Source: the human T2T-CHM13v2.0 reference genome, Homo sapiens. Taken from it: a stretch of 64,000 nucleotides of DNA. Location: NCBI RefSeq assembly GCF_009914755.1, contig NC_060928.1; one strand, written 5' to 3'. The translations under genes were made by a program, and so were the position numbers. A model generated the notes under the pieces. It saw only the letters and a list, made by a program, of their open reading frames with translations, searched no databases and had not been told where the DNA came from. Shown in pieces: positions 16,422 to 32,680 of this stretch (its first letter is position 1; each line of letters starts with the position of its first letter).

Positions 16422-16670
16422 GACATATATATACATACATGATACATATATGTACATATATATTGACATACACACATAAATATCCTTGAAATATATATAT
16501 ATATATCTTTGACATATATTTGAAATATATATATTCTTGGAATATATATTATATCCTTGAAATAGATGTATCTCCTTGAAATATGTCATTGAAATATATA
16601 TCTGTACATACACACCAAAACATCGTCTATTAATACACACACACATGCACATATATACACACACACACAC
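16386..16670. repeat. (TA)n / degenerate TCCTTGAAATATAT repeats / (CA)n low-complexity tract
   Basis: (TA) run 16386-16414, about six TTGAAATAT-like units 16480-16600, (CA)n 16634-16670. Confidence 0.85.
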
Positions 16671-18022
16671 AAATAAGACATAGGTACAAAAAGTTTGCTT
16701 TTATTTGATGTATTATTCCTATTATAGAAGTTAGAATTAGATGCATTCTTTAATTTTTCTGTGTATATAATAAGAATTACTGGGAATCATCTCTTACATT
16801 AACACAATGTTTAAAATGCTTATTTGAATTTTAATATGATTAAATTGAATTTATATAACTATTAGCTAGGAATATTTGCTGTCCATTTTATTATACTTGG
16901 TACATATTAATATAAAGATGATTTCTTTTTAAGGTGGTATTCAAATTAACTCTCAGAAACACTAATTTTTTAATCGCAGAAATCATAAACCCATATACCT
17001 TCTAATGAAATAGTGATAACAATTTTTTCCGTAACATAGAAGATGGTATTTTGTTTTTCACAGTACACTAGCTCATGGCTTTTCTGTTTTGTCATGGTAG
17101 AGCTTTTGTTTCACTAGGCAATCAGATTTCATTAAGTTACCTAATTTTTCCCTCAGTTTTCTCATGAGATCTGCTATTCCCTTTGACAACTCTACTTGTA
17201 CTTGATTTAGATGCACAAAAAGGGATAATATGTACCAAGAGCATTGGTCCTCAGTGTGGTCTTTGTCCATCAAAATGTTTTTCAGCTACTTGATTAATGC
17301 TTTGGGATTTGAGAATAGCTAGCTTCTACCTTTTGCCAGTGAAATAACTGATATTGATTTGAGAGGAAAAAAGTCATTGAAATGTTTACATTAATAGTGT
17401 TTCAAAATAAAACTGTAAAGGGATTTTTAACTTATAAAAAGCCATAGAGAGCTAAAGGGAAAATATTCCATAAATGTTTGGCTTAATAACAAGCCAACAA
17501 AAGAACATGGATTTTCAGAATATTATATTAGAAAGTTTCCTAAAAGAAAGCCACATGTATCATTAACCTTATGCTCTGTAAAATAAGAATACCAGGAAAT
17601 TTTACTCTTTTTTCATGCCACATTGTTAAGATGGTAATTAGAATTTTAAATTTATAAAGTTGATCTATTATAGAGAAAATTTATACCAAAAAGAATGTAA
17701 TTTGCATTTCAGAGTACTGAAAGCATCAAAGTTCTATACATACCAGAATTATTTCAGGTTTGCCATTATTTTATGAGTTCTCTGTTTATAAATGGCTTTA
17801 TAGATTTGAATTTAAACTATCACATTAGAGGACATTTATTTAAAGTGTGGTCTAATATAGAGTAACTTTCTGAGAGAAAAGTACTTAAACAGGTTTAGCA
17901 TTTTGTTGTATTGGAAAAGTATACCCTAAATATGAATGAATTATTCATAAGCCAAAGAAAGTGCTAATATAGAATGAAAAGTATTATGTTTTTAAGTTTT
18001 GGGGGTTATAAGAAACACTTAG

Positions 18023-18594
<572 letters not shown>

Positions 18595-18598
18595 CTAG

Positions 18599-18956
<358 letters not shown>

Positions 18957-20073
18957 GAAGTGTTTTTTTTTTTTAATTTATGAAAAAGATGCTACAGACC
19001 CTAATTGAGTCTGAAAAGATTAACTTTTCTTTGCAGGAGTATCAGTAATATGACACAATTATATGTCATAAAAGTACAAAACTAAAAAGAATTTATGTAA
19101 TTCATAAAAATGTAAAAAAATACTTGGTGTGAGTGTATTATTTTCTATACTTTTGGAAGTTTTTTTTTTTCTCCACTTTGGTTTTAGTATGTTAAAATAA
19201 TCATATAAATGCTGGATTATGTATAAATATATTACAAGTACATATACATGTCTTCATATATGTTTTTGACATGTCAAATAGATGAATATTATTTTACTGT
19301 AATGTTAATGAATGCATTTTACTATTCATAATTTAAAGGACTGAATATCATTCAATCACGTGAATATTTTAAACATTTTTTACATTTTGTTTTAAATTTT
19401 CTCCTACTAAATAATAACAATGGCACATATCCTTTAGAAGAGAATTTTGAAAACTCTAATATAATTAAAGTCTTATCCTACACCTAGCAATGGTATCTCT
19501 AGAAGTTTAACCTGAACATACACTTTCATATGTACCAAATAATATTTTCATAAGGTTTTCTTTATGATCATTTTTTGTAACAGTTAAAGAAGAAAAACAA
19601 CACAAATAACAATAGGAGGCTATTTGATAATGGCTCATTATCAAATGAGTTACAGTATAACGACAAAGACAAATGCAAAAAACATCTAAAACTTCAATCA
19701 GAAACAAAATTATATTACTATTTTTATAATAATTGTGACGTTATTTGTGTGTTATAACATTTAACAACCAAATCTAATGTTTCTAGCATCCAAGTTATTT
19801 CAGGATAAGAGAAAATAAACATAACTATGAAAATACAAGTTAAAGGAAAGAACCTGATAATGTTATATTCAAATGTAAAGTGTCAACATGAACTTATTAT
19901 TTGCTAATTGAAGAATATTTTCTTCTTTTGCCCCTGAAAAAGTATAAACCTTTCAAGCTTATAGGCTTAACTTTCAGTAGTCAGGAAACAGGAAGTAGGT
20001 GGATAAGTTAAACAATACCATGAATCAAAAATCAGACAAAATCCAAATGGGCAGTATTCTACAAGACACCTCA

Positions 20074-20431
<358 letters not shown>

Positions 20432-20605
20432 AAAATAGGGGACTGTCTTGATTAAGGAAACTAAACAGACATAACGACATATGAAATGCATATATATATG
20501 TATATATGTGTGTGTGTATATATATTATATATATATGATGAATAACTAGAGAGAGGGAGAGAGGACCAAAAGCAGCTATGGCAACTCTTAATTACTGAAT
20601 CTAGG

Positions 20606-21005
20606 TGCTATGATTTCAATGTTCATTGCCTCCAACTCTCATGCTGAAATTTGATTCCCAATTGGAGATGGGGTTTAATGGGAGAATGGGGGGTGTTTGG
20701 ATCATGAGAGAGATCTTTCATTAATAGATTAATGCCCACCCTGGGGGTGAGTGAGTTCTCACTCTATGAGTTCCTGAGAGAGCAGTCACCTCCCTGCTGT
20801 CTCTCCTGCTTCCTCTCGGGTAGTGAGTGTCCTGTCTGCACGTACCGGCTCCCCTTCCATTTTTGCCACAAGTGGAAGTAGGTTGAGACTTTCACCAGAT
20901 GCCCAATCTTACAGCTTGCATAATCCTGAGCCAAATAAACCTTTTTTAAAAATAAATAAACTACCCAGTCTCAGGTGTTAGAGCAATGCAAAATGGACTA
21001 AGATA
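20606..21005 (+). mobile_element. MaLR solo LTR (MST-type), inserted in an old L1M 3' end
   Basis: Begins TGCTATGATTTCAATGT, has internal CCAAATAAACC and ends AGCAATGCAAAATGGACTAAGATA. The flanks rejoin as L1ME/MC-like 'GAATCTAGG|TGAAGG'. Confidence 0.85.
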
Positions 21006-22444
21006 TGAGGTGAAGGCTACACAGGTGTTAATACTACAAGTCTGTTTTTCTGTATCTTAAAAGTTTTCTCAATAAAGGGAATGGTTTCCCAACTTAAAAA
21101 TATGCAAAAATATTTAAATGGCATTATAGTAAGATGTAATATATGGCCAGGACTAAATTGGGTTGGGAAGTCCAGCAGTAACATGTATTTGAGGGACATC
21201 TGAAGAAATTTGAACAAGGATTGCTATTAGATGTAATGAAAACTTATTTACATGAACAGTTTAGAGGTTACTACTGGGGAAAAAAAGGCAAGTAAAGTGA
21301 AAAACACAATGTACTATGTGGTTCTCTTTTTAGTTAAAAAAAATAAGTGCAAATGAATCCAGAAAGCTTGGTATAGTGATGATCTCTGGTTTGTAGGAAT
21401 GTACCATTTTATTTCCTTATTTTTGTTTATCTCTTTTTGTCACTTTTTGCAATGAACATATGTATTTTTATAATAATAAAATATACTTTCAAAGTAGAAA
21501 TATATTATTTAAAAAAGAAAGCTCATCACTGCTAACATGAATATGAAATTATTTGCGCAATGTATTTACTTTCTATTCAAATCTACTTTCTTACAAAATA
21601 AAATAACTTGGAAAATTTTGTGGAAACAGAATTTAATGACAATTTTGTTTCTAAAATGTAATTATTAAAAATAAATGTTAAATATTGTAGAATTTTTCTT
21701 TCTAATTTGACAATATATTGAATGCATTATACCTTAAAGCCCAAGAAGATTAACCTATTTTGTAACTGATTTTCCTAGTTTATAATATCCCCAGAGTGGT
21801 AAATCATAAAAAAGAATCTTTCAAATTATTATTTTCACTACAATGTAGTCACAGGAAGCCATTTGTTCTCATTAGGTGAACTTTACTATTTCCTTGCAGT
21901 TGTCTTCATGTTCTACTTGCTTAAAATGACACAGATGGATTAAGTTTTTTTTGTCCACTTCACATCACAAATACTAAAGTATTAAAACTTTTATGGAAAG
22001 AGAAATGTTAGTATCATATATTTTCATTACATGTGTGTCTCTGAACATATTCAGGCTATTATGGTATTTTTCCCTTCATTTTACTATTTTAAAATTAAAA
22101 AGTGGATCTGGGTTAGACTTTCATTAAGTATATGAATGTTGGGAACCTTAAAATACACAGAAAAACAGAATTCCAGATTTCTAAAATGTATAATATAACA
22201 TATAAAATATATTCTCTCTGTCTTTCACATTCACTCAACTAGTATTTGTGTAATAAATACTGAATGGCAGGCATCTTCTTAATGTTTAATTCTTAGTCTT
22301 AAAGATTTTGCAGACCTTTTTTAAAGAAAATGGTTAGTAATAACGTATCTGCATCTGTGTGTAACATACAGTTATAGTCCTGGTGTTCCTTTTATTACCT
22401 CTATTCATTTATAAAGTTATGTAAAAGAAAAAAAAAGAGTAAGA

Positions 22445-22770
22445 GATATTCCAGACACTGAGATTGTAGCAGTGAACACCAAGCATACACAACCAGACAA
22501 GTTTTTTTGTCTTCATAAACCTCATATTCTAGTCAATGAAGACAGGCAGTAAACTAAAAACCAAAGAAGTAAAAAAGAGAATTTCACACCGTATTAAGGG
22601 CATAAAGGAGATAAACAGAAAGATGACATTAAGAGAAACCACGTGAAGGGAAGGAGCTACTGTGTAGAAAAGAGCCATCAGGGAAGATGGTTCTGCCAAT
22701 GTTGCATTTGAGCTGGAACTCGAGTGATGGGTCACTGTTCACAGAACCAGAACAAGCATGGTGACAGGGA
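22445..22770 (-). mobile_element. L2 LINE fragment
   Basis: 'CAGACACTGAGATTGTAGCAGTGAAC...CATATTCTAGT...GAAGACAGGCA' resembles L2. Confidence 0.55.
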
Positions 22771-22950
22771 AAATCATACTACCAAGAACATTCAACTCTC
22801 AATCCTGCTGAGTGCTTCAGGATTTCCTCATATTGCTTTTGGTCTTGTCATGTTACACATTCTAATCTATATAACACACAGATAAATTTGCCGAAAATAA
22901 AAAATAAATGCAAACACACAGCTTACGTCGTGTTGTATTTCTAATTTGAA

Positions 22951-22954
22951 ACAC

Positions 22955-22986
<32 letters not shown>
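22951..22986. repeat. (CA)n microsatellite
   Basis: Direct reading. Confidence 0.9.
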
Positions 22987-24145
22987 TGAATGGCTCAATA
23001 AGGCATATAGGGTAGAATCCACACTCCCCAAGCCAGCATCCATGGCTGCTAAAATTGTACCCTCCCCTATTTATGCAATTAGAACACCTACTGTTTTCAA
23101 ACTAAAACCTTTTATTCCATCAACACTGATTCATTACAAACTGTTAATCATTTTCTAAGTTTTTAGGTTTCATTTTGGTTTCTTTTTAACCATTTCATCT
23201 GGAATACCTCTGCCCCACAATATATCTGTATTTTAAGCCAAGCTCCAATTTCATATCCTTGATTGGACAACGCAAACAAGGAGTGATTTCTCTTTCTGTA
23301 GAACTCCCTCAGCAGTTATCAGTTCTATTTAACCTACCTTTACAGTTACCAGTCCTATATAATGTTGCCAGTTTCCTATATTAACATGTATCTGTCCTAT
23401 TGATTATAACTTACCATCTTTGTAGTATGGCTCATCCTTTCATATATTCATTTATATCACTCTAACTAAACTTTTACATTCCTGGGAGCAGATATCATAT
23501 TCTATGCTTCTTGCAAATTATACTTCTTTTCATATATATTACCAGCACAAAATGAAGTCTCTTTTTGTAAAAAGGGTGACATATTTTGAAATGTCTTGTA
23601 TTTCTTATTACTTAAAATTGCAATAAAGTTTAGAGACTAAAATATAATAATAAGATAATAATTGTTGCAGATTAGCAAAATTCTGTTGAAACTTTGTGTT
23701 TATTTAGTACTTTGGATGGTGACTACGGGTTGCAAAAATACTAGGACAGCCACGTGAGACTTATGTAGTGCTTAATTATTTAATTTTCTTGCAGTTTTCT
23801 TTAAGATGGAAGAATACATAAAGAAAAAAAGTTTATTAGAACTTGTTTTTGTACTCTAATTATAAAACCAAGGGAATGAAAATATTTGCTAATTAATCTT
23901 CCCTCTTTAATCTCATGTTTGGTAATAGAGCATGTTTAATTGGAAGTTGGGAGCCTATAAGCATTACTAATATATTTGTTATAAATGTTAAGAGCAATTT
24001 TTGATTGAGAAAATCATAAATAGAACCGTTTTATGTTGGTCTGTGTTTGTTAAAAGTGTGTGAACATTTAAAATATTCATATTAAGTAAAATTTCATTTT
24101 ATTTTATTGATTTCATTCATTTCTTTTTGTTTTCTTCTTTTCAAG

Positions 24146-24205
24146 GCCCTGTGGAATCCTACATGCACTGAAGGTTTATTTAAACCAGTACTTATTTCAA
24201 CTTAG
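24146..24205 (+). CDS. Candidate alternative exon / last exon coding part (ALWNPTCTEGLFKPVLIST*)
   Basis: Very long pyrimidine tract (AG-free 24087-24143) ending TTTTCAAG, then a phase-0 frame of 19 codons to TAG 24203-24205. Confidence 0.35.
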   Translation, partial: ALWNPTCTEGLFKPVLIST

Positions 24206-25731
24206 GTTAAATCATTATCTGACAATAAGAAATGCATCACTAATCTGTGACATGTAAAATATTGAGTAAAATCAATTTTTTCATCATTTCATATTTTAAG
24301 TATGTAATATAGAAAAATTTTCAGTTCAATTACTTCACAATTTTTGCATTTGCAAAAATCATATAAAATATTGATGAATTAAGATTCAACTAACATATTT
24401 CTGCTTTATTCTCATTGTATTTTTAAAACAAAAATAGATTTTGTTTAAAAAATTCTTTCTATATGTAAATATTCTAAAATGTAATATTCCACTTGGCACT
24501 AAGTATTTTTGTTCACTCTTCTCATCCATGTCATTGGTCTCCCTTGTTATAGTCTTAATTTAATTTCATCACATATTCTTTGTAGATTAGATCAGTTTGA
24601 AAAAAATGCCTTTAGTGTCTTCCATCTTAGTAGGACATTTCCTACTGAAGAACAAAATTATCTACAGTCTTTTTTCCCTCGCATCAAGACCAAAATATGA
24701 AAGCAGTATGTCTTTAATTAGAATAAATAATGAAGAGTCTTACTCTAACTACAGAAAATATAACACCTGTTTAGATTCCTAAATAGTTGAAGATGGTTTA
24801 TTGGAAATTAACCTCATATTAAAGGGAGTCTCCTGAATGTATCCTAAAAGGATATCTGTGGCCTGGACTTGAATTGCTTCCTGATTTCTGTGTGTCTCTG
24901 TCTGTTGCCTTTGCATAACAGGTCACTTTAATTATCAAGTGACCCGGTGGCTACAAGGCACTCATGAATGTTGCAGTTTACTGCAAGGATAGGTGACAGA
25001 GATAGACAGCCCAAAAGAATGGCTCAATGTTGTGGTCAGGGTTCAGGGCAATAGAAATGCCATAGAGCCAAGAAGAAGAAAGCAGGTTTTACTGAGAGTT
25101 CTACCTGTTGGGCAAACAGACAAGGAAGTAATCATGGTTAATGGTGGTAACCTTTATAAATATGTTATAAAATTAATTAAATTATTTCAATCATTATGTA
25201 ACATGTATTATGAATCATAAATGCTGGGTGCAAAACATGGTATTAAAATAAAAACTATAAATATATTTATTTACACAAAATGGTGTATTTGCCCTTGTTG
25301 ATTTTGCCTCTTAAAACACCCTCCGTGATCTAAAATACAAAAACATTTTTTGTTTTTCTAACAGTTTTCTAGAGTTCCTTCTTTATCCTATTCTTATCTC
25401 TTTCTTTTTATTGTCTTATTTTATACTTAAAACCTTTAAATGTAGATAATGCAAAACTCCATCCCCTTAAATTAAAGCACTCCCCTGATAAAGGTTTTTA
25501 TCTACATGAATGGTCAATACTGTATTATCTTGAAGAAGCAAGAATTCAATTGAAGATCTTTTACCAGGCTACCAAGACAAAATAATTTGTATTAGCAACT
25601 GAAGTAAGTCAATAAAGAAAGGTACATTTTTTCCTCAAAAGCAATTTAGCAGAAGCTTTAACTGCAGACAAGAAAAGGTCACCTAACTAGGTACAATTTT
25701 ATGATTTCTTTTTAATACCAGCAAAACATTA

Positions 25732-25824
25732 TTTTTCTTCCCTCCCTCCCTTCCTCCCTTCCTTCCTTCTTTCCTTCCTTCCTTATCCCTCCCTTCTCCT
25801 CCTTTCTCCTTTTATTCTTTCCTT
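25732..25824. repeat. (CCTT)n-rich polypyrimidine tract
   Basis: Direct reading. Confidence 0.85.
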
Positions 25825-27396
25825 GTAATTGAATCAATTCTAAATATACATCAGTAAACATGTTTACATATCAATAATTTTATTTTCAAGGGGAAATATT
25901 TTCAGACTTTCTCACAGTGTTCATTATATAATTTGTCCATTAGACTCTTAAAGTGTTTTATAAATATTTATTTGATTACATTAAAAGTGAAATTAAAATA
26001 GGGATTAACGGGGATGTTGTTTTTGTTTTTAGAAAAATGCGTGAGAACTGTTGTAATTTTTGTGCTATATTCCAACGTGTAAAAAAATTATGGTTGATAA
26101 TTATTTCCCAAAAGGGGGACAAGAGACATCAGTATTTATTGATCAAAGGAACATTATTTTCTGCTGTTATGCCAGCATGTTTGTCCAAAATGTTCTCACA
26201 GTTATTAATTCAAAATATAAGATTGAGCAAACTTGTCGTCATCTTTCAAATAAAGAAACTAAAATTTGAAGAAGTCGAGTAACTTTCTCAAATTCATATA
26301 GCTTTTCTAACAAAAGACAAAGACATAGATTGTTCTCATATGCCCCAGACCAAAAGTCAGGGTTTTGTTTTGTTTTCCTGATTCCAAAATGCTGGTGGGT
26401 TGTAGAATAGCAGAATTAAATGTGATGTATGCATTGATTACATATGCACATATATAATTGTGTATTATGTATACATAATATTACTAAGCTTGAATTTTCA
26501 AGTACTCTTTATGAACTAGGGATAATTGCAATGGTAAACACTTACTATGTGAATGCTACCTACTATGCCTAAGGTGTGAAATGTATGAGTTAAGGGAATT
26601 ATTTTATAAGAGTGAGAATTATTTATACAAATATAGAGAAATGCATGGAAGGAAAGCCATGGACCCTTTTGCTAGGTACTTCAATGACTATGAACATATT
26701 TTATTTATGTTTTAAATCATTCTGACAATTTAATTTGAATCACCAAGTTTTAGAATGTAGGCACTTATCATTGTCTGTTAAGTTTATTACATATAGCTAT
26801 GTTTTAAATGATTTTTTAATGAAGACCCTAAAGTAATATGTTATTATATGTAGATGTTACTATATGATATACATATGATTTTATTGTGACACACATAAAA
26901 ACTTCCTTGCTGAAGTTATCCAAATTGTATCATTTTCCTTAGTTACCTAAATTTAATATTGTTTTAAATATTTATTTCTTTATAAAACAAAATGCAATTT
27001 CTTTTTCATATTTAACTTGCAACTAGAAGTAGAAATGTCCAAATTAACAAGGAGATGCTTTTCAGGTTGTATTTTGAGCTTACTTCTCCTTATAGTACTC
27101 TCCAAATACAGTTATATACTATTTTCAATTTTTAATATATAATCACTCTCTCTAAAACAAATCTCTGTCTTGTTGGTGATTTTTTAGGTAATCACCAATA
27201 TTATATGCTGGCACCTTGAAAAACAAACAGTAACACTAACTCATTTTCAAACACATCAGTTTCATTTGCTATATTTACTTGAAACAAGTCTACATGTCAA
27301 TGAATAGATCGATGTATATATCCCTCATTGGGGGAAAGACAAGCTATTCTTTCTTGGTGTTAATAAGCATTAAGAGTTGTTAGAATATCCTGTCTT

Positions 27397-27722
27397 CTAT
27401 TTTTTTTTCGTTTGTTTGTTTTGTTTTGTTTTTTTTGAGACAAGTTCTGGCTCTCTCTCCCAGGCTGCAGTGCAAGTGGTGCGATCTTGACCCTGCAACG
27501 TCTGCCTCTCGGGCTCAAGCCATCCTCTGACCTCAGCCTTCCAAGTAGCTGGGACTAGAGGCACACACCATCATACTCAGCTCATTTTTTTGTATTTTTT
27601 GTAGAGATGGGGTTTCACCATGTTGCCCAGGCTGGTCTTAAACTTGTGAGCTCAAGCGATCCACCCACCACCTCGGTCTCCCAAAGTGCTGGGATTACAG
27701 GTGTGAGCCACTACGCCCAGCT
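27397..27722 (-). mobile_element. AluJ SINE
   Basis: 'GGGCTCAAGCCATCC' and 'GAGCTCAAGCGATCC' are J diagnostics; TSD AATATCCTGTCTT at 27384 and 27727. Confidence 0.95.
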
Positions 27723-28996
27723 GGGAAATATCCTGTCTTTTAAATGACATCTTTTGGTATCTGAATTTGCATAATGGAGAAGATTATGATAGGCTATAAA
27801 ATGGGGGGAAGAAAAAATATGTAAGCATATTATTTTATCTCTTACACCAAATCGTACTTTTTGAATCTATGCATTGGTGTGCTCTTGCCTCTCTTGTGTG
27901 AAGCCTTTTTTAAAATTATTTTTCTATTTTCCTCTTTGATTTTTGTATGGGGATACACATACAAGAAATTGATGAACAAAAGTCTCAAATGATAATAAAA
28001 TATTTTCTGGCTACTTTCTTACTATCTGAAAGCTGTTTGCCTCCTTAATTTGTAAACTTGTGGTCACGTTATATATGGGCACACACACACTTTTATGGGA
28101 AATGAGGGTTTCCTCATTTAAAAGCTATCTTTGTTAAAAAAAAGAAAGAAACTTGATACAGAGGAGAAAATATGTAGGTAGCATAAGTATTCTTTGGGAA
28201 GAAATAAAAATGGCAGGTGAATGCTAATTTTATCCTGATGGAGAAAAGCAATTATTGCAGCAGGGGTAAAAAGATTGCTTCTTCCCTCTAAGATATAGTT
28301 TAGATTTTTTAACTTACCTAAAAAAATTATATATATTTAATTAAATATGTATGATATATAGAATTAAATATATATTATATATAAAATGTATATATTATAT
28401 AATTTTTAAATTATTTTTCATATATATATATATATTAAAGGAAGTATTCCCTCACCCCTGTAAGGAAGAATAAGCAGTAACTGAAACTTTGATGAACAGC
28501 CTGGAAGGTATATGTGCTAATAAATTTTGAATATAATGGTCGGGGAGAGTGAATGAACCTCATGCCTTCATGCTCAGGCTCTTCAGAAAACTTTCTTCCT
28601 AATGAGGCTGGCAAGATTTCTGACCTGAGAAGAAATTTCTGTGTACATTTTCACTAAAGATAACAACAGTAAGCTTGAAAGAACAAGTAACTTTGGCAAG
28701 AAATATGCTACACAGATTTTAATTTTGTTTACCTCGTGGTTCATATATTCCTTAAAAAGTTATTGTGTTCATATAGATTTAGGGTTCAATTTATATTTCT
28801 AGTACAATTTTTATAGAACGTTATTTTGTGAGTTATCCATTTTGAGATAGTGATCATCTTACAGCCTTTCGGTTGTAGCTACATGAATTTTAAGAATAAG
28901 ATCCTGAAAAGTAATGACTAACCTCTTGAAAACTACCTGATCCATTTCAGTAATGCCTATGCAACATGAGTAAAACTTTACGCAATATACTAATAA

Positions 28997-29337
<341 letters not shown>

Positions 29338-29414
29338 TGTTACTTTTGTATCGGAAGGTAAACTTTAGAAAACAAGTAAGCAATTTGTATTGATTTAAAA
29401 AGTGAAAAATATCA

Positions 29415-29710
29415 GGCCGGCGTTGTGGCTCACGCCTGTAATCCCAGCACTTTGGGAGGCCGAGGTGGGCGGATTGCCTGAGCTCAGGAGTTTGCAACCA
29501 GCCTGGGCAAAACGGTGAAACCCCGTCGCTACTAAAATACAAAACATGAGCTGGGCGAGCGGCTTGAGCCTGCAATCCCAGCTACTCGGGAGGCTGAGGC
29601 AGAGAATTGCTTGAACCCCGGAAGCGGAGGTTGCAGTGAGCTGAGATGACGCCACTGCACTCCAGCCTGGGTGACAGAGCGAGACTCCGCCTCAAAAAAA
29701 AAAAAAAAAA
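29415..29710 (+). mobile_element. AluS SINE
   Basis: Dimeric Alu with poly(A) tail; TSD AAAA(G/T)TGAAAAATA. Confidence 0.95.
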
Positions 29711-31269
29711 TTGAAAAATACCTAGTAGAATGCTATGTATCCATTGGAAATTTATTGTTGGTTATTAATGAAAAAAATCAATGGTGAGCTAATACAAAAG
29801 ACCGCATTGTCAAATTAGACTCATACCAATCAGATATCTTACCCCAATATCAAGGCTTATTATTCATTTCACTTAAGGAACATATTATTCATGACACTTA
29901 AGGAACTCAGATGAAGCAGGAACAGGTCTGGGGTGTGGAAGGCAGCTCTCCAAGGTCTTTCATTCGACATTGAACATCCACTTTGAGATCCACAGTCATA
30001 GCTCAGATCTTTAGGAGAAGTTTTTTGGAATTACCTCACACAGCAGAGAGAGTGTTTCATTCATGAAATATCTCTATTTTATATCCCAACATTGTGGCAT
30101 TTTCCAGAGTGCCATGCTCATAAATCCATAAATTCTAAGTTCATTTAGTCAAATAAGTCCTTAACCTGGGACATGCTGTTAACATTTCCATATGTAAGGA
30201 CCCTCCTTCTACCAAATACTATTAGTCTATTGACCTGCAGGACTAATTTTCTTGTTGACAGAGATTAGAAGTTACCTGTTTTCTTTCTCGTGAAGACAAA
30301 TCAGTTGCTATAACTCCTTCTTCCCCACCTGCTCTGTCTCCACCATTCACTCTGAGCATGATATACACCATTGACATGAATGGTAAATCATGTCTTGGAT
30401 TTTTCATGTCTCTATTATTGTGAAGAAAATGCTTTATAGAAAATGTTTATCTGATCGAGACCACAGTTATTTTGGTTTCTCTTCCGTGTTTTGAATGTTT
30501 TAAAACAAGTTGAAGTGAGAGATAGGAGAGATTGCTTTTCTTGATGATTATCTTTATGTTTCCCTTCATTTTTTCACTTTCAGCAAACTCAGAAATTTTG
30601 AAGGACAAAGAATTTAGTGATTTAACTAGGAAAAAAACTAATATTCAGTTTTTTTTCTGGATGTGTGTCATAATATACTACAAAAAGAGAAGAGCCAATA
30701 ATTTAAATTTATATATCATATTTTAAATTAGAGGTATTTTTTAAAATTATTTTTTCATTTGCTATTTATGCAGAATTAGCCCTGATAGAATAATAACACA
30801 TTCAGCTAAATGGAATGGATCATGTTCCTTCTTTATTATGTCTTTCTTTCAGTTATACTATAGACTTCATTACATATTTTATTGAATATAATTGCCTTTC
30901 TCAAAATACTTCAGATGTTGTTTTATTTAATGAGTTATAAAATCTGTGTTGTTTTATAGTCCATTTTCTTTTACTTGGTGTGTATCAGAAATACATGACA
31001 ATTCCCATAAGAGAAAACACATAAGAAAACCCGAATACAATATTTGCAGCCTGATTTCTCTGTTCTCCTGCTTTTCCACAAACAGACTGTGTTATTTCTA
31101 CCCTCAAGTCTCAGCACCTTTAGTGCCCGAACCGCTAATGCTATTTCTTCTCGCTTAGCTTGTTTGTATGAAAAGAAAACCAAGTTCCATATGCTTCTCC
31201 CTACCCCAATATATTTCATAACTTCTCCAGGCATCATTGAACTCTATCTTCTCTAAATCACTCTACAGT

Positions 31270-31460
31270 TCAATAATGGCTAACATTTTTTTTTAATCTA
31301 TGTCAGGGGTTGTTCTAAAAGTTTTACATATTTTAAATATTTTGATCCTCACGAAAGCTATAAAGTAATTACTCTATATGATTTCCTTTTACAAGAAAGA
31401 AAACTGAAATATAGAGGAGTTAAGTAACTTGCTCACAATTACATGACTAGTATTATTAGC
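31270..31460 (-). mobile_element. MIR SINE
   Basis: 'AAAACTGAAATATAGAGGAGTTAAGTAACTTGCTCACAATTACATGACTAG' is the antisense MIR core. Confidence 0.7.
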
Positions 31461-31803
31461 AATCAAGTATTCTGCTCAATAGGGAAATATCACATATACA
31501 TCACATTGGTATGCCACTTTTCAAAAAATAAACTAAAATTTTAATAAGATAACTTTTTGCCTTTGATTTTTATAATTACAATTAAGAGTGACACTAATAA
31601 TTATAATGATTGATATAATGCTAATTTTATAAGCATGAGCAAATACAAGATACTTTAATTTTAAGTCCTCGAAGAGAATAATGACTAATATTTATTAGGT
31701 GCTGCTGTGACAATGTTCTAAGTGCTTTATTATGTATATTGACTTATGTAATCTTAAAAACAACAGCAAACTCAAGAAAGATTGTAATATTATTCTCAAT
31801 TTA

Positions 31804-32102
<299 letters not shown>

Positions 32103-32289
32103 GAGATTATAGAGGAGTAAATTATGACCTAGAAAGGTAACATGAAATTCTTAAGGCTGTTCATGTCAAACAAATGGTGACATAACTAGAATGTAAATAT
32201 AAGCAGTCTTGATTTCAGATTTTAACACCCTTTACCACTATACTGTATCCAAACCTCACCCATAGCACAGAATAAACTATATCCATTAT

Positions 32290-32680
32290 CAGTCAGAGTA
32301 AGCTAGATGGCACTGGAGAAACAACAATTCCCAAATATTAGAAGTGACTCATAACATCAAATATTGATTTCTTGCTTGTGCTATGTATCTATTGCTGTTC
32401 AGCAAGCAACGCTTCTCCAGGCTCCCTCACTCTAAGACTCAGACTGGTGGAACAATCCTCCTCTGTTATGTTGCAGTCTCAGCGGGAAAGAGAAGAATGT
32501 CTTAGATTGTACAACAGATCTTAAATTTCCACCCAGAAGTGACATATAATACTTCTACTCATATTTCATTGATCAAAACATAGCAAGTCACATGATCACA
32601 GGTAACTCACTCCAGGGAGCAAGGAGGAGCAAATCAACATATGCCTACAAGTGGGGAAATGAAGTTTAACCAGCAAACAG
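32290..32680 (-). mobile_element. Old MaLR LTR (MLT1K/L-like)
   Basis: 'CCACCCAGAAGTGACATATAATACTTCTACTCATATTTCATTGATCAAAACATAGCAAGTCACATG' is an MLT1 signature. Confidence 0.7.

Noticed and set aside
19024-19047. Acceptor-like TTTTCTTTGCAG followed by EYQ*
   Set aside because: Short tract, upstream AG close by and no supporting features.
30560-30601. Acceptor-like TTTTTTCACTTTCAG followed by QTQKF*
   Set aside because: No compositional shift, donor or nearby poly(A) context; such tracts are common in AT-rich introns.
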